A DNA stretch of 64,000 bases, taken from positions 57,970,001 through 58,034,000 of the forward strand of contig OX597829.1 in NCBI GenBank assembly GCA_951406725.2. Direction: 5' to 3'. This document shows positions 1 to 11,980 of the stretch, in pieces. The notes beneath the pieces are model-generated. The model was not told the DNA's origin, made no database searches, and saw nothing but the letters and a program-made list of their open reading frames with translations. The translations under genes were made by a program, and so were the position numbers. Each line of letters begins with the position of its first letter. The first letter of the stretch is position 1. The DNA is from Octopus vulgaris. Lineage: Eukaryota.

Positions 1-1078
1 AGTTCCGGTAGCGATTCTGCTATGAGGACTAGGTCATCAGCATAGAGGAGCTTCCAGGGACAACCCATCTTGAATTCCTCTGTTATTGCCTGGAGGACTA
101 TGATGAATAGAAGGGAGCTGAGGGCTGAGACTTGGTGGACGCCAACTTCTACCCGGAATTCTTCACTGTACTCATTGCCAATCCTAACCTTACTACTAGC
201 CTCTCTGTAGAGGGCCTGTACAGCCCTTATTAACCATTCGTCAATCTCCAGTTTCCGCATTGCCCATGAGATAAGGGATCGGGGGACCCTGTCAAAGGCT
301 TTCTTCAAGTCCACAAAAGCTAAGTATAGGAGTTTATCGTTAGCTGGGTATTTCTCCTGCAGTTGTTGAACCATGAATATGGCATCAGTGGTGCTTCTGT
401 CAGGCAAAAAACCAAACTGCGTCTCATCTAGGCTAACTCTCTCCTTAATTAGTTGGGCTATGACCCTCTCCGTGACCTTCATTACCTGTTTGATACCCCT
501 GTAGTTATTTCTATCTAGAGCATCACCTTTACCCTTGTAGCAGTTGACTATGGTGCTGCTACACCAGTCATCGAGTATGACTCCATCATGAACTACTTGG
601 TTTACAATGCGGGTGACTAGGCCATAGCCCACACCACCACATGTTTTAAGCATCTCGGCAGTGATACCTGATGGGCCGGGGGCTTTTCCTGACTTGATAC
701 CCTTAATTGCTTTATCTACTAGGGAGCTGTCTATTTGGATAGCTGGTCCCTCTACTGGGTCAACATTTGGCAGGCTCTCCTCCTCCCATTCATTTTCCAC
801 ATTCAGCAGTCTTTCATAATGTCTTCTCCAAGCCTCTTTCTTTTCAGAATCATTAAAAGCATGTGTGACATCACAATTTTCTCTCACACACTGTCTTGCA
901 ATCTGAAATACCTCAGTTCTTTGGTCCTCACGTTGTTGGACATTGGCAAACTTCTTTTCCACTACGCTCTTGGCAATGTATACCTGCCGCCCAGCCTCCC
1001 TTTTGGCTACCTGGTACAGTTCCCTGCTACCCCCATCCTTCCAGGCCTGTTTCTTTGCCCTGATGGCCTTGTCTACTG
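1..1078 (-). mobile_element. RTE-clade LINE ORF2 (reverse transcriptase) fragment, degenerate
   Basis: Minus-strand translation shows RT motifs: QFGFLPDRSTTDAIF, LYLAFVDLKKAFDRVPR, LFIIVLQAITEEF, PWKLLYADDL. The frame is interrupted. Lies in a Max intron. Confidence 0.9.
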
Positions 1079-1122
1079 TCTATATATATATATATTTTGA
1101 AATAGACTGTAAAAATCTTCTT

Positions 1123-1442
1123 CATCATCATCATCATCATTTAACGTCCGCTTTCCATGCTGGCATGGGTTGGACGATTTGACTGAGGACTGGCAAACCA
1201 GATGGCTGCACCAGGCTCCAATCTGATCTGGTAGAGTTTCTAAAGCTGGATGCCCTTCCTAATGCCAACCACTCCGAGAGTATAATGGATGCTCTTTACA
1301 TCACCAGCAGAGGTAAGAGCTCTCTGAACTTTACCCAGGCTATTCTTATTCTAGCAGCTACACTATCAGAGCAGCCACCATTGCTACAGACGTGGTCACG
1401 TAGGCACCAGAAGCTATCAACTACTTCTAGTTTTTCTCCCTA
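1123..1442 (-). mobile_element. RTE 3' tail ending in (GAT)n plus adjacent RTE ORF2 fragment
   Basis: Reverse complement of the recurrent tail 'ggaagggcatccagct...catgccagcatggaaagcggacgttaa(a/c)gatgatgat'. 1310-1442 matches the 'GEKLEVVDSF' region also seen at 53360. Confidence 0.75.
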
Positions 1443-1516
1443 GAGTGTAACAAAAGCAGTTCTCCGCACATTTTCTGTTCTCATAGCACCAATAATGGAA
1501 AATAACGAGATGTTTA

Positions 1517-2025
1517 CTGTAAATCCTCAAGTATAGTCCGCCCTTGAGTATAATACACAGGAGATTTTTAGGGGGCTGTACCTCTGCAAAACCTAAACCT
1601 TGTGTATAATACGCACCCCTTCTCTAACTTGAGTCAAGGAATCTATATAACGTCCTTGGTTTTAAAACTGTATATGGTAACGTCCTTTATTATTATTGTA
1701 TATATAACACAATGCAAATGTGTAGCTTTTTGTACATTTTGTTTGTAGAAAATAAAGAAATAACAGTAATAACGTTTAATAAATGTTGCTTACTGCAAGT
1801 TATGGATGATTCTTTTATGATTTCATTGCTTTCAGGCTTAGCTTAAGATATTTTCACACCCAACATCACAAAATGCGTTTGAATAAACATTACCGGACAG
1901 CAAATAGAGACTTGAACATTGCTTAGAAAATAATTTTCATTTTTAACCTGGTATATAATACGCACTAGGGATTTTGACCTTTAAATTTGGAGGAAAAAAT
2001 GCGGATTATATTCAAGGATTTACAG
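1517..2025. mobile_element. Non-autonomous Tc1/mariner (Tigger/pogo-like) MITE
   Basis: TA-flanked TIRs: TA|CTGTAAATCCTCAAGTATAGTCCGC...GCGGATTATATTCAAGGATTTACAG|TA. Second copy at about 43990-44483 and a TIR fragment at about 31035. Confidence 0.8.
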
Positions 2026-2043
2026 TAAACGATTAATTCTTAC

Positions 2044-2167
2044 TTTGTTTTTCCAGATACGTATTCTGTTTTTTCAAATCTTCAATATCTTTCTGATGGC
2101 CAAGATTTTTCGTTCGCATAAATTGGATGTAGTCTGCCGCCTTCTTCAGGATCTGGGCCCGAGAGAC
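2044..2167 (-). CDS. Max: Max exon encoding helix 2 and the leucine zipper ([41 protein letters not shown])
   Basis: Acceptor tttcttttcag and donor gtaaga. 124 nt, phase 0 to 1. Matches human MAX [21 protein letters not shown]...DIDDLKRQN. Confidence 0.95.
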
Positions 2168-2207
2168 CTGAAAAGAAACAAGGAAAATAAAGTAAAGTTA
2201 TTTAATA

Positions 2208-2350
2208 GACGTAGGAGTAGCTGTGTGGTAAGTAGCTTGCTTATGAATCACATGGTTCCGGGTTCAGTCCCACTGCGTGCACCTTGGGCGGGTGTCTTCT
2301 ACTATAGCCTTGGGCCAACCATGGTAGACGGAAACTGAAAGAAGTGTGTT
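2208..2350 (+). mobile_element. tRNA-derived SINE family 1, partial
   Basis: Head 'GG(C)G(C/T)AGGAGTGGCTGTGTGGTAAG...GGTTCCGGGTTCAGTCCCACTGCG' with A- and B-box-like motifs. Roughly 25 copies or fragments in the window. Confidence 0.85.
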
Positions 2351-2576
2351 GTATATATATATATGTATATGAGATATGCTGTAACTGCGAGCACCCGACA
2401 AATAATGTGAGTTCAAGGCTGCTTCCTGCACCAGCTTCGCATAGCAGCCCCAACCCATTCAAAAGTACCTTGGATTGCAGAACGAACTGCTGTGCTTGAG
2501 GAGACCTACTGAGTCAAGTACATCAACATCAGCAATATCAAAATCAAATCAAATGGAAATTGTAGTTGTGAGCCCC

Positions 2577-3263
2577 GTGCCGGTAGCACATAAAAAGCAC
2601 CATCCGAATGTGGCGGATTGCAGCGCCGCCTTGACTGGCGTCCATGCGGGTGGCACATAAAAAGCACCATCCGAACGTGGCGGATTGCAGCGCCGCCTTG
2701 ACTGGCGTCCGTGCCGGTGGCACATAAAAGCACCATCCGAACGTGGCGGATTGCAGCGCCGCCTTGACTGGCGTCCGTGCCGGTGGCACATAAAAAGCAC
2801 CATCCGAACGTGGCGGATTGCAGCGCCGCCTTGACTGGCGTCCGTGCCGGTGGCACATAAAAAGCACCATCCGAACGTGGCGGATTGCAGCGCCGCCTTG
2901 ACTGGCGTCCGTGCGGGTGGCACATAAAAGCACCATCCGAACGTGGCGGATTGCAGCGCCGCCTTGACTGGCGTCTGTGCAGGTGGCACATAAAAAGCAC
3001 CATTCGAACGTGGCGGATTGCAGCGCCGCCTTGACTGGCGTCCATGCGGGTGGCACATAAAAAGCACCATCCGAACGTGGCGGATTGCAGCGCCGCCTTG
3101 ACTGGCGTCTGTGCAGGTGGCACATAAAAAGCACCATCCAAACGTGGCGGATTGCAGCGCCGCCTTGACTGGCGTCCGTGCGGGTGGCACATAAAAAGCA
3201 CCATCCAAACGTGGCCGATGCCAGCCTCGTCTGGCAGCTGTGCCGGTGGCACATAAAAAGCAC
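2577..3263 (+). repeat. Homogeneous 66-67 bp tandem array (9 near-identical units plus 2 diverged or partial) inside an RTE 3' UTR
   Basis: Unit GTGCCGGTGGCACATAAAAAGCACCATCCGAACGTGGCGGATTGCAGCGCCGCCTTGACTGGCGTCC. GCACATAAAA recurs at 2586, 2653, 2720, 2786, 2853, 2920, 2986, 3053, 3120, 3187 and 3249. Followed by the RTE tail to about 3418. Confidence 0.95.
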
Positions 3264-3590
3264 CCACTACACTCACGGAGTGGTTGGCGTTAGGAAGGGC
3301 ATCCAGCTGTAGAAACATTGCCAGATCAGACTGGGCCAGGTGTAGCCTTCTGGCTTCCTAGAGCCCAGTTGAACCGTCCAACCCGTGCTAGCATGGAAAG
3401 CGGATGCTAAATGATGATATATATGTGTGTATATATATATATATATATTGTTATATTTCGGAATGGTCATATTGCCAGTTTAGCCAATAAAAACACACAT
3501 AAAAAATCTTGCACAACAAATATTTAAACGTATATATATATATATATATATATAAATTAATCAAAATAAAAACATGATGCCAAGGATTCA

Positions 3591-3668
3591 GCGGTACATG
3601 TGTTTCGGGCCTTTATTAGACGGATTTATAACAATGCATAATGTGTGTCTGTGGCCTTCTTCAGCCGC
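3591..3668 (-). ncRNA. Type I hammerhead ribozyme motif (inverted copy, sense to the Max pre-mRNA)
   Basis: Reverse complement reads GCGG CUGAAGA AGGCC...GGCCC GAAA CACAUG UA CCGC. Confidence 0.65.
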
Positions 3669-4317
3669 GCACAATTACTACTTCAAGGACATGTATTACA
3701 TCAAAAATTCTACGTTGGGGATGCAAATCCTCTCAGTTGCGTACGACATAATGCGGTACCAGCACATCCCGTTTTTTTCCTATATATATATATTTTTTGT
3801 CTCCCATCTATCTTTTTCCTATATATATATATAGATTTTTTCCCTATATCTATACCTTTTTCCATTTCTAGCTTTGATGTTGAGCGCACACCCCCGAACC
3901 CCGCTTCCCACCCTTTCACTTATGACTACTCCGTAATTTTCCCCTCCCCGCCCCTACGTAGTCACCTTTAACACACACCTGTAAATTTACCTTTGCAACC
4001 ACCTTTTATTTTTACCTTCATTTCATGTTAATCTTTACTCGATTACCTTTATGTTTTATTCTATTTTATTTTTTATTTCTAATTTTTAATTTTATCCTTA
4101 TTTTTACTTCTATTTTTACCCTATTTTATCACTTTTTATCTCTATGTATGTCTATTTTTAGTTCCTTTTCCTTATATGCTTATCTATGTATCTGTATGTA
4201 TATGTATATATGTGTGTGTGTGTGTGGGTCCATGTGTATGTATATATGTTTGTGTGTGTGTATGTATGTACACATATATATATACGTGTGTGTGTATGTG
4301 TATATATATGTGTATGC

Positions 4318-4349
<32 letters not shown>

Positions 4350-5369
4350 ATATATATGTATATATATATATATTCTGTTATACTTTCTTACCCTCAGGTT
4401 TCTTACTTTCATGTCTACCTTTTGTACCCACTGTAATTCCGTATCTTTCCTGTGTGCGAGAATGGATCTACTTGTTATACCTGTGTCTGTGCATATGCAA
4501 AGGGATCTACTCCCCCATGTGTGTGGGTGTATGCATATTTTTGCCCATAGGCATAGAGATTTACTTCGTCTTGTGAATGAGTGTGAGTGTGAGTGTGCCT
4601 GTATGTGCGCATGTGCATGTATGTACATACGTACGTATGCGCATCAGTTTGTGTACCCAACTACATGCGCCTTTTCCCGTATGTATCTGTATATTTTTAC
4701 ATGAGAGTACGTATGTATGCTTGTATGCGTGTGGTTGTGTATGCATGCGTATATGTACGCGTGTATATGTGTATATGTATCCATACGTGTACGTATGTAC
4801 ATGTTGACCATTAGACAATTTACGAGGAAATAGATAAGCGGTTTAACCACAAACCAGACAACCCTCTACAATATACTGGGTCCCCAGATGTCCCAGTTGA
4901 TTTATGACACCCACTGCTTAGGCTTCTACAACCAGAATATGTCATCTTCCTGACCACCATGTTAGTTCGTAACCACTTCATATCCCTTACCCTTATATTC
5001 TTTTATATTTTTATATTCTTATATCCTTTTATATTTTTGATACTTTTTTATAGCTTTATATTCATTTATACCTTTTTTATATTTCTTTATATTTTTTTAT
5101 CTTTCGTCCTGAATTCTCGCCCCTCCATCTTTATCCCTATTTGCTCTTATTACCAGGTTCCTACGCGTCCGTGTGTATTTATATATTTATTTATTCATTT
5201 ATTTATATTACCTCAACATCCAAACTTCCTCATTCTACATTGAGAGAAAGACGGGATGGACGCTTCATTTTTGTGCTGGTAAGGCATTATGTTGTACGCA
5301 ACTGAGAGGATTTGCATCCCCAATGTAGAATTTTTTATGTAATACATGTCCTTGAAGTAGTAATTGTAC

Positions 5370-5447
5370 GCGGCTGAAGAAGGCCATAGACACACATAAT
5401 GCATTGTTATAAATCCGTCTAATAAAGGCCCGAAACATATGTACCGC
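5370..5447 (+). ncRNA. Type I hammerhead ribozyme motif
   Basis: GCGG-CUGAAGA-aGGCC...GGCCc-GAAA-CAUAUG-UA/CCGC. Stem I GCGG/CCGC, intact core, palindromic stem III, GUA cleavage triplet. Mirror copy at 3591-3668 on the minus strand. Confidence 0.75.
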
Positions 5448-5619
5448 TGAATCCTTGGCATCATGTTTTAATTTTGATTAATTTACTCCACCACCAAACA
5501 GTATATACAGGTGCTTACAATTATCAAGTACTCACCCTGAATTTTTGTACCCAACTTATATATATATATAGGCGCAAGAGTGGCTGTGGGAAGTAGCTTG
5601 CTTACCAACCAGATGGTTC

Positions 5620-6412
5620 GATCCAATTCAGGTAGTATCAGACAAATTATATCCAATGACCAGTACCAACGAATTCAAAACATACGAATGAGGTCCCTCA
5701 TCCTCCCTTGCCCATCCACATGTGTTGTCAAGTAAAAGATACTACAGGGAGAGAATTATATTATCAATAATAAGAAAGGTTAAAATTAATTAATTAATAA
5801 TTAATAATTCCACCAAGTAGCATTCAGCATGTTAAAAGGACCATTTCCGGTAAACTTAAACAATATTTTATAATTATGAGTATAATGATAATTAGGGTTA
5901 CTCGACAACACATGTGGATGAGTGAGGGAAGATGAGGGGCCTCATTCATATGTTTTGAATCCGTTGGTACTGGTCATTGGATATAATTTGTCTGATACTA
6001 CCTGAATAGGATTGGTATGTTCAATTTTTTCAATGCTCTTTGCTGAAGAGGAAAATGATCAGATGAAGTGTGATTTTTACATTCTTCATACCAATCTAAC
6101 TCCGAAACGTGTCCACAGTTAATCAAATACCGAGTGAATTTCGTTGTTTTTCCTCTCTGTCTACGTGAATTGTTTTGAGTATATGTTGTCTGGGAGTTTC
6201 TTCTTATACTAGAAGAAATAGCTAGGTTCTTTGGCTACTATTTCTAAAGTTTGGTATGTGGTGAAGCAAATTTTTGCTGAACCCTAATTATAATTATACT
6301 CATAATTATAAAATATTATCTAAGTTTACCGAAAATGGTCCTTTTAACATGCCGAATACTACTTGGTGGAATTATTAATTATTTATTAATTATTTTACCC
6401 TTTATTATTATT
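5620..6412 (+). mobile_element. Second Penelope-like remnant with interleaved inverted repeats and a degenerate hammerhead (6038-6118)
   Basis: 5620-5735 is inverted against 5898-6013, and 5768-5899 against 6279-6410. CTGAAGA-GGA...TCC-GAAACGTGTC motif present. Confidence 0.6.
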
Positions 6413-6435
6413 GATTGTATATATATATATATATA

Positions 6436-7987
6436 TCTACATATATAAAACTGAGAATGTACGTCTGTCTGTCTGTGTGTTTCCCTAAAACTTGAGAACT
6501 ACACAACCAATTCCATTCAAATTTTACACATGCCTTGCTAAGGGTCCGGGGAGTGTCATCAGCAAAAAAATGTTCAACTTCTTGCCTAGGGCGAGCCCAT
6601 AGCAATATCATATCTTCTCCACTATTTCAGTATTACGTGTTAAAAGTGAAACAAAAACATTTCTCTATTTTATGTCAGATACTTTCACTTTAACAATAAA
6701 AATTAAAGATAATAATAACAATTGAATAATATGTAGTAAGTAATATTTAAAATCAAACTAAAGTATAATATAATCGTAACATAACAAAAGTAAAAATAGC
6801 AATTGGTATAAAATTGCATCAATGACTTGAACTTGAATAAGTGGTTTCACATGAATGGGAATAAATCAAAAATAAAATTAGCGTGCAGAAATGGAATAGT
6901 CCAGATGGAGCTGTGCACATACCGTTTACCACGGCTTTTACATTAGATTATCTGCTAGCTACCATTAAGTATCTATATAAAGTTTGGCTGTATGTAATGT
7001 CTGTTTTCTCAAACAGCCGCTTCTATTGAGTACTGCTGTTGGTTTATTTCTTATACATAAAGGACTATAGCTTCAACTGCATACTGCTTTTTGATTCACC
7101 AGAAGGTTTGTTGTTTTTATTATTACTGTTTAACTATTGTTATCACATTTGTTGGTTCCTCATAAGAGAAACGTTGTTGTGTTGCATTTGTTAAATAATT
7201 GTAAACTGTAACCCTCCCCCTTTGGGAGAAGGAGCTTTGGTTATTGTTTAAAAATTGAATTGTGTCCCTGTTTGGGGAAATTGACAATATTTTCACTGTT
7301 TATACGGAAGCACTTTTGTTAGAATGCCTTCGATAGAAGAAAGTCCAAAAATGAATTTCGCTGCAGCCGTCGGTGAGTGCAAACTCATTAAAATTAAAAT
7401 GGAAGAAATACAAACCTATTTCGGATTGATCACCGACAAAGACAGTGAATCTAGGATAACACCACCAAACGAAATAAAAAATTAAATTAAAGAAAAGACT
7501 ATTGTCTATAAGGTATACAATGTAGAGAAGAAAAAAAAAGATTTGAACACCTGGAGGAAAGCACCATCGAAAAGTGTCTTGGTGCGACTATGAAAGATAT
7601 CTAACCTGAGGCAGTAAATTAGCCACAATAGAAGCAAGGTTCGAGTCAACGGAGCATGCAAGGGAGTACTTGACTCGAACCTTGCAAAGTGGAAATATTT
7701 TATTTTTTCCTTTATATCTGGGATAGAAGTAGAGGTAGGCTGGATTGTAGCCACACTTCTATACAAGAGGGAGGATAAGATACAATTGATCGAAATTACA
7801 AGAGACGGGCTAACAATTCCAGTCTGTTATATATTTTGAGTATTGTTATCACTAGCGATATCAAGATATAACTTTTGTATTTTGTATTTTATGTGTAGAT
7901 GTATATATATATAGATGTACATGTAATATATACACATATATACATGCAGTAGCACTATGACCCGGCAACGACGGGTCATAATGCTAG
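6436..7987 (+). mobile_element. Non-autonomous Helitron (complete termini)
   Basis: 5' A|TCTACATATATAAAA followed by (GTCT)n. 3' hairpin TATGACCCG-GCAACGA-CGGGTCATA then CTAG|T. Inserted at an A/T junction with no TSD. Related pieces at 38545-40167. Confidence 0.85.
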
Positions 7988-8019
7988 TATATATATATAT
8001 ATATATATACACATATATA

Positions 8020-8410
8020 GGCGCAGGAGTGGCTGTGTGGTAAGTAGCTTGCTTATCAACCACACGGTTCTGGGTTCAGTCCCACTGCGTGGAACCTTGG
8101 GCAATGTCTTCTACTATGGCCTCGGGCCGACCAAATCTTGAGTGGATTTGGTAGACAGAAACTGAAAGAAGCCCGTCGTGTGTGTGTGTGTGTATGTATG
8201 TATGTATATGTTTGTGTGACTGTGTTTGTCCCCCCAACATCGCTTGACAAGCGATGCTGGTGTGTTTACGTCCCCGTAACTTAACGGTTCGGCAAAAAGA
8301 GGCTGATAGAATAAGTACGAGGCTTACAAAGAATAAGTCCTGGGGTCGATTTGTTCGACTAAAAGCAGCGCTCCAGCATGCCTACAGTCAAATGACTGAA
8401 ACAAGTAAAA
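8020..8410 (+). mobile_element. tRNA-derived SINE family 1, full length
   Basis: Head, central (TG)n, and tail ending '...CAGCATG...CAAATGACTGAAACAAGTAAAA'. Other full copies at about 12894-13260, 22316-22665, 23933-24320, 44613-45020, 50710-51115 (+) and 52877-53322 (-). Confidence 0.9.
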
Positions 8411-8699
8411 CAGTAAAGACATATGAAAAACCCCCAACTTTGACCCCATGTGCCAAGTTAATCCCCTGTTGGTTTTACATGCACAAAAGCATTTTTTCGC
8501 CGAAGATGTGTATGGACAAGGGCCATGAACCAAAAATTCTCCACATGATAAATAACCTCAAATTGTCTTGTGATTCTGGGGTATTGCCAGGAAAGGTGAT
8601 GATGTTAAAACTTAGAAAAAAAATCCCAAAGTGTTTCTAGTATTTAACATCGTTCTTTTACGTAGGTAGCGGGTAGTGTTTTTCTTCACTACTTCAAGG

Positions 8700-9075
8700 A
8701 GTGATGACCCTGCCTGATATGAGTTCCGGGCTCAGCTGGCTCTGGCTGACAGTACCCGGTATGGGCCCCTGTCCAGGGTTACGGAAAGGAGACAACCTTC
8801 AAAGAAATCCGGAGTGGAGCCCCGAAGGCAGTTTAGTGTTCGACTTGACACTCTTCCGGCAGCTCCTGCAACCAAGCTGGTGCCAAACGTAATGCTCTGC
8901 ACTCCTTTGGACTACGTCAGCAAGGTCGAGAGAGGAATCCTGACGATTGGGCTACCCAGGATTTTCTTACATCTAATCAGGCCTGCACAAGACTGGAGAG
9001 GACATGAAATGTAAAAACCAGACTGGATTAGCTTATGCGCAACTCCATTGTCCCCCGAGACAAAAGGATGCCAAT
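8700..9075 (+). mobile_element. Short bipartite RTE derivative (putative 5' UTR fused directly to the 3' end)
   Basis: The 3' end 'TTATGCGCAACTCCATTGTCCCCCGAGACAAAAGGATGCCAA' matches the 3' end of the RTE LINE at 34611-34652 (minus strand). The GC-rich 5' part resembles RTE-BovB-type 5' UTRs (from recall). Confidence 0.6.
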
Positions 9076-9097
9076 AACTAATATTGTCCATTTATAA

Positions 9098-9530
9098 GGC
9101 GTCGAGCTGGCAGAATCGTTAGCACGCTGGGCGAAATGCTTAGCAGTATTTCGTCTGCCGTTACATTCTGAGTTCAAGGGTTGACTTTGCCTTTCATCCT
9201 TTCGGGATCGATAAATTAAGTACCAGTTGCATACTGCATACTGAGGTTGATCTAATCGACTGGCCCCCTCCCCCAAAATTTCGGGCCTTGTGCCTAGAGT
9301 AGAAAAGAATATTGTCCTTTTATAAGGCAGCAAGCTGGCAGAAACGTTAGCATGCCAAGTGAAATGCTTAGTGGTGTTTCGTCTGTCTTTCCGTTCTGAG
9401 TTCAAATTCTGCCGAGGTCGAACTTTGTCTTTGATCCTTTTAGGGTCGATAAATTAGATACCAGTTATGCACTGGGGTCAATGTAATCGACTTAATCCCC
9501 TTGTTTGTCCCCTCTATGTTTAGCCCCCCG
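9098..9530 (+). mobile_element. tRNA-derived SINE family 2, two tandem copies
   Basis: 'GAGCTGGCAGAATCGTTAGCACG...TTCTGAGTTCAAATTC(C/T)GCCGAGGTCGACTTTGCCTTTCATCCTTTCGGGGTCGATAAATTAAGTACCAG'. Also at 16553-17345, 42724-42950, 61173-62290 (+) and 63815-64000 (-). Confidence 0.85.
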
Positions 9531-9879
9531 TGCTTTTCCACCTTTCAGGTTATCATCACCATCACTGTTTCGCATCCATTTTTAGCTGGCAGGAGATGAA
9601 CAGTTTGACATCAACTGGTCAACCAGGGAGCTGTCCAGTCCCCAACTGTCCATTGTGGAACGATTTCTACAGCTGGATACCCTTCCTAATGCCAACCACT
9701 TAAGGGTGGGCTGAGTGCTTTTTACATGCCACCAGCATGGCCACGTTTACACAGCATTGGTACACATGCATTAACGCGATACCAGCACAGGAATTTCTTA
9801 ATTGGCAGCGACATGGGTGCTCTTTAAATTTTATTTAGCTAGATGTACTAGAAGTGCAGCAAATGGCCCCATCTCCCAG

Positions 9880-10345
9880 TCCTTTGTCATTCCCTCAGAG
9901 AGGCACAGTATCTGAAGATCTTTTCTCACCACTATGTCACACATCTTCCTGGGTCTACCCCTTCCACGAGTGTCCTCCACCGTTAACTCAGTGCAGCATA
10001 TTTATGTAATGAGGGTAGCAGTGTGAAAAAGTGTCACACCCTAGCGGTTGAGGGAACCTGTGGAAGAGGTAGACTCAGGAAGACCTGGGATGAGGTGGTG
10101 AAGCATAACCTTCAAACATTAGGCCTCACTGAGGCAATGACTAGAGACTGAGACCTTTGGAAATATGCTGTGCTTGAGAAGACCCAGCAAGCCAAGTGAG
10201 ACCATAACCTGTTGGCTACGAGAGAGTGTAAGGACCTTGAGAGAAAAGTTGGACCTAAGACACATCAGATGTGGTATGCAATAGAGACAACTGTGCTGGT
10301 ATGGTCATGTGGTGAGAACGGATGAGGATAGCAGTGTGAAAAAAA
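9880..10345 (+). mobile_element. Jumbled RTE ORF2 3'-end fragments in both orientations
   Basis: Motifs 'RGRxRKTWDEVVKH' and 'RLCWYGHV' recur at 11420, 29750-30300, 51300-51770 and 53345-53930. Confidence 0.75.
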
Positions 10346-10619
10346 GTTGAGTGATGAAGGCTGGAGGGTATATCAGCCGAAACGTTGTGTTAACAACAAA
10401 GAAGATGAGGACAAATATCCGTCAATTATAACTAATGTACATAATTCCTCATCTCTTAAATATAAAACTGTAAAACCTATTTCTGCACTCATTCCTGATC
10501 ACTCTCACACCCTCCTTCTGTTGTTCTTGCCACAGGCTGGGTAACCATGTACCTCCTTCACAGGAAGACACCCGTTTGTTTGTCTGTCACACTCTAACCT
10601 CGAGACCACCTCCTCCAAT

Positions 10620-11285
10620 GCCCCTGCGGTGCCTTGTAAAAAACATTCAGTCCACACTGTAAAGGGGTTGACATTTGAAAGGGCACCTCTCTTCAAAAAT
10701 TATGCCAAAACTGACCCTACCTGTGTTGGTACTTCTTAAAGAGCACCCAGTCAACATTGTAATGGGGGTTAGCATTTGAGAAGGGTACCAGCTGTAAAAA
10801 TCATGCCAGAATTGACCCCCACCTGGGTTGGTTACATGTAAAAAATATCCAGTCGACACTGTAAAGGGGTTGGCATTTGGAAGGGGTTTAGCTGTGAAAA
10901 CCATGCCTAAACTGACCTTGTCAATGCTGGTGTCATGTAAAAAAGTACTATGTCCACTCTGCAGGGTACTTGACTTTCTGAAGGGTATCCAGCTGTAAAA
11001 AGCATGGCAAAAACTGACCCTAAGCTTGCTGGTGCGACTTAAATGTATCCAGGCCACACTGTAAAAAGGTTGGCATTTTGAAGAGCATCCAGCTGTTTAA
11101 AGTCTAGCAAAACTGACCTTGCCTGTGCTGGTGTCACATAAAAAGCTCTCAGCGAATTCTGCGGAGTGGTTGGTGTTAGGAAGGGCTACCAGCTGTAAAA
11201 ATACCATGCCAAAACACACAAAAATGGTGCAGGCTCCTGTGAAACCGTCCGACCCATGCCAGTATGGAAGGAGGACATTAAACAA
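10620..11285 (+). repeat. Diverged ~70-bp tandem repeats derived from the RTE 3' UTR tail
   Basis: Recurring 'CCAGTC(C/G)ACACTGTAAAGGGGTTGGCATTTG(G)AAGGG...CCAGCTGTAAAAA(T/C)CATGCCAAAACTGACC' units, ending in the RTE tail. Confidence 0.7.
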
Positions 11286-11419
11286 GGATGATCTTCATCA
11301 TGATCTTAAGCTAATCTTTTAGTCAAAATTTGAAAAGAAAAACATCCACAGAATACCACATTGGCTGCTGGAATGGACCAAAACCTGATAGAACCAAACT
11401 AGGTTAAAATTCCTGTTCT

Positions 11420-11980
11420 GGTGTAGAGGTAGACCCAGGAATACATGGGATGAGGTGGTCAAACATGACCTTCGAATATTGGGTCTCACAGAGGCAATGA
11501 CAAAAGACCGAGACTTCTGGAGATATGCTTTGACTGTAAAGACCCAACAAATAACATGAGTTCATGGCTGTTTCCTGCACCAGCTTCACATAGCAGCCCC
11601 AGCCCATCGATTGCAGGACGGCCTGCTGTGCTTACCTTGGATCGTAGGGTGACCTGCTGTGCTTGAGGAGACCTATTGAGTCAAGTACATGAACAACAAA
11701 TAAAAATCAAATGGAAATTGTAGTTGTGATACCTGTGCTGGTGGCACGTAAAAAGCACCATCTGAACGTGGCCGATGCCAGCCTCCCCTGGCACCTGTGC
11801 CAGTGGTACGTAAAAGAAACCCACAACACTCACAGATCGGTTAGCATTAGGAAGGGAATCCAGCTGTGGAAACACTGCTAGATCAGACTGGAGCCTGGTG
11901 CAGCCTCCTGGCTTCCCAGATCCCGGTCAAACCGTCCCACCCATGCTAGCATGGAAAACGGATGTTAAACGATGATGATG
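11420..11980 (+). mobile_element. RTE 3' end (ORF tail, 3' UTR and (GAT)n)
   Basis: Same organisation as 48585-49195 and 2395-3418. Confidence 0.8.

Larger units (their letters stand above)
3554..5556 (+). mobile_element. Non-autonomous Penelope-like element with inverted partial pseudo-LTR
   Basis: About 210 bp at 3554-3766 is the reverse complement of about 5271-5485. Both arms carry a hammerhead motif. The interior is low complexity. Confidence 0.7.

Noticed and set aside
1310-1442. Possible last Max exon
   Set aside because: The sequence matches RTE ORF2 rather than the expected (I)RALEK continuation. The last exon probably lies left of the window.
2506-3318. Three long overlapping ORFs and a CRISPR-like appearance
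   Set aside because: The ORFs arise from a stop-free 67-bp tandem repeat. The units are identical or homologous rather than unique spacers, there are no cas genes, and the context is eukaryotic.
3574-3834. Duplicated ORF MMPRIQRY... (also 5213-5464)
   Set aside because: It is the antisense reading of the hammerhead-bearing inverted repeat, with no coding signature.
4025-4850. Many YI/CV/HT-rich ORFs (also at 14.8-16.2, 28.3-29.2, 55.7-56.4 and 57.1-60.8 kb)
   Set aside because: Dinucleotide and tetranucleotide microsatellite artefacts.
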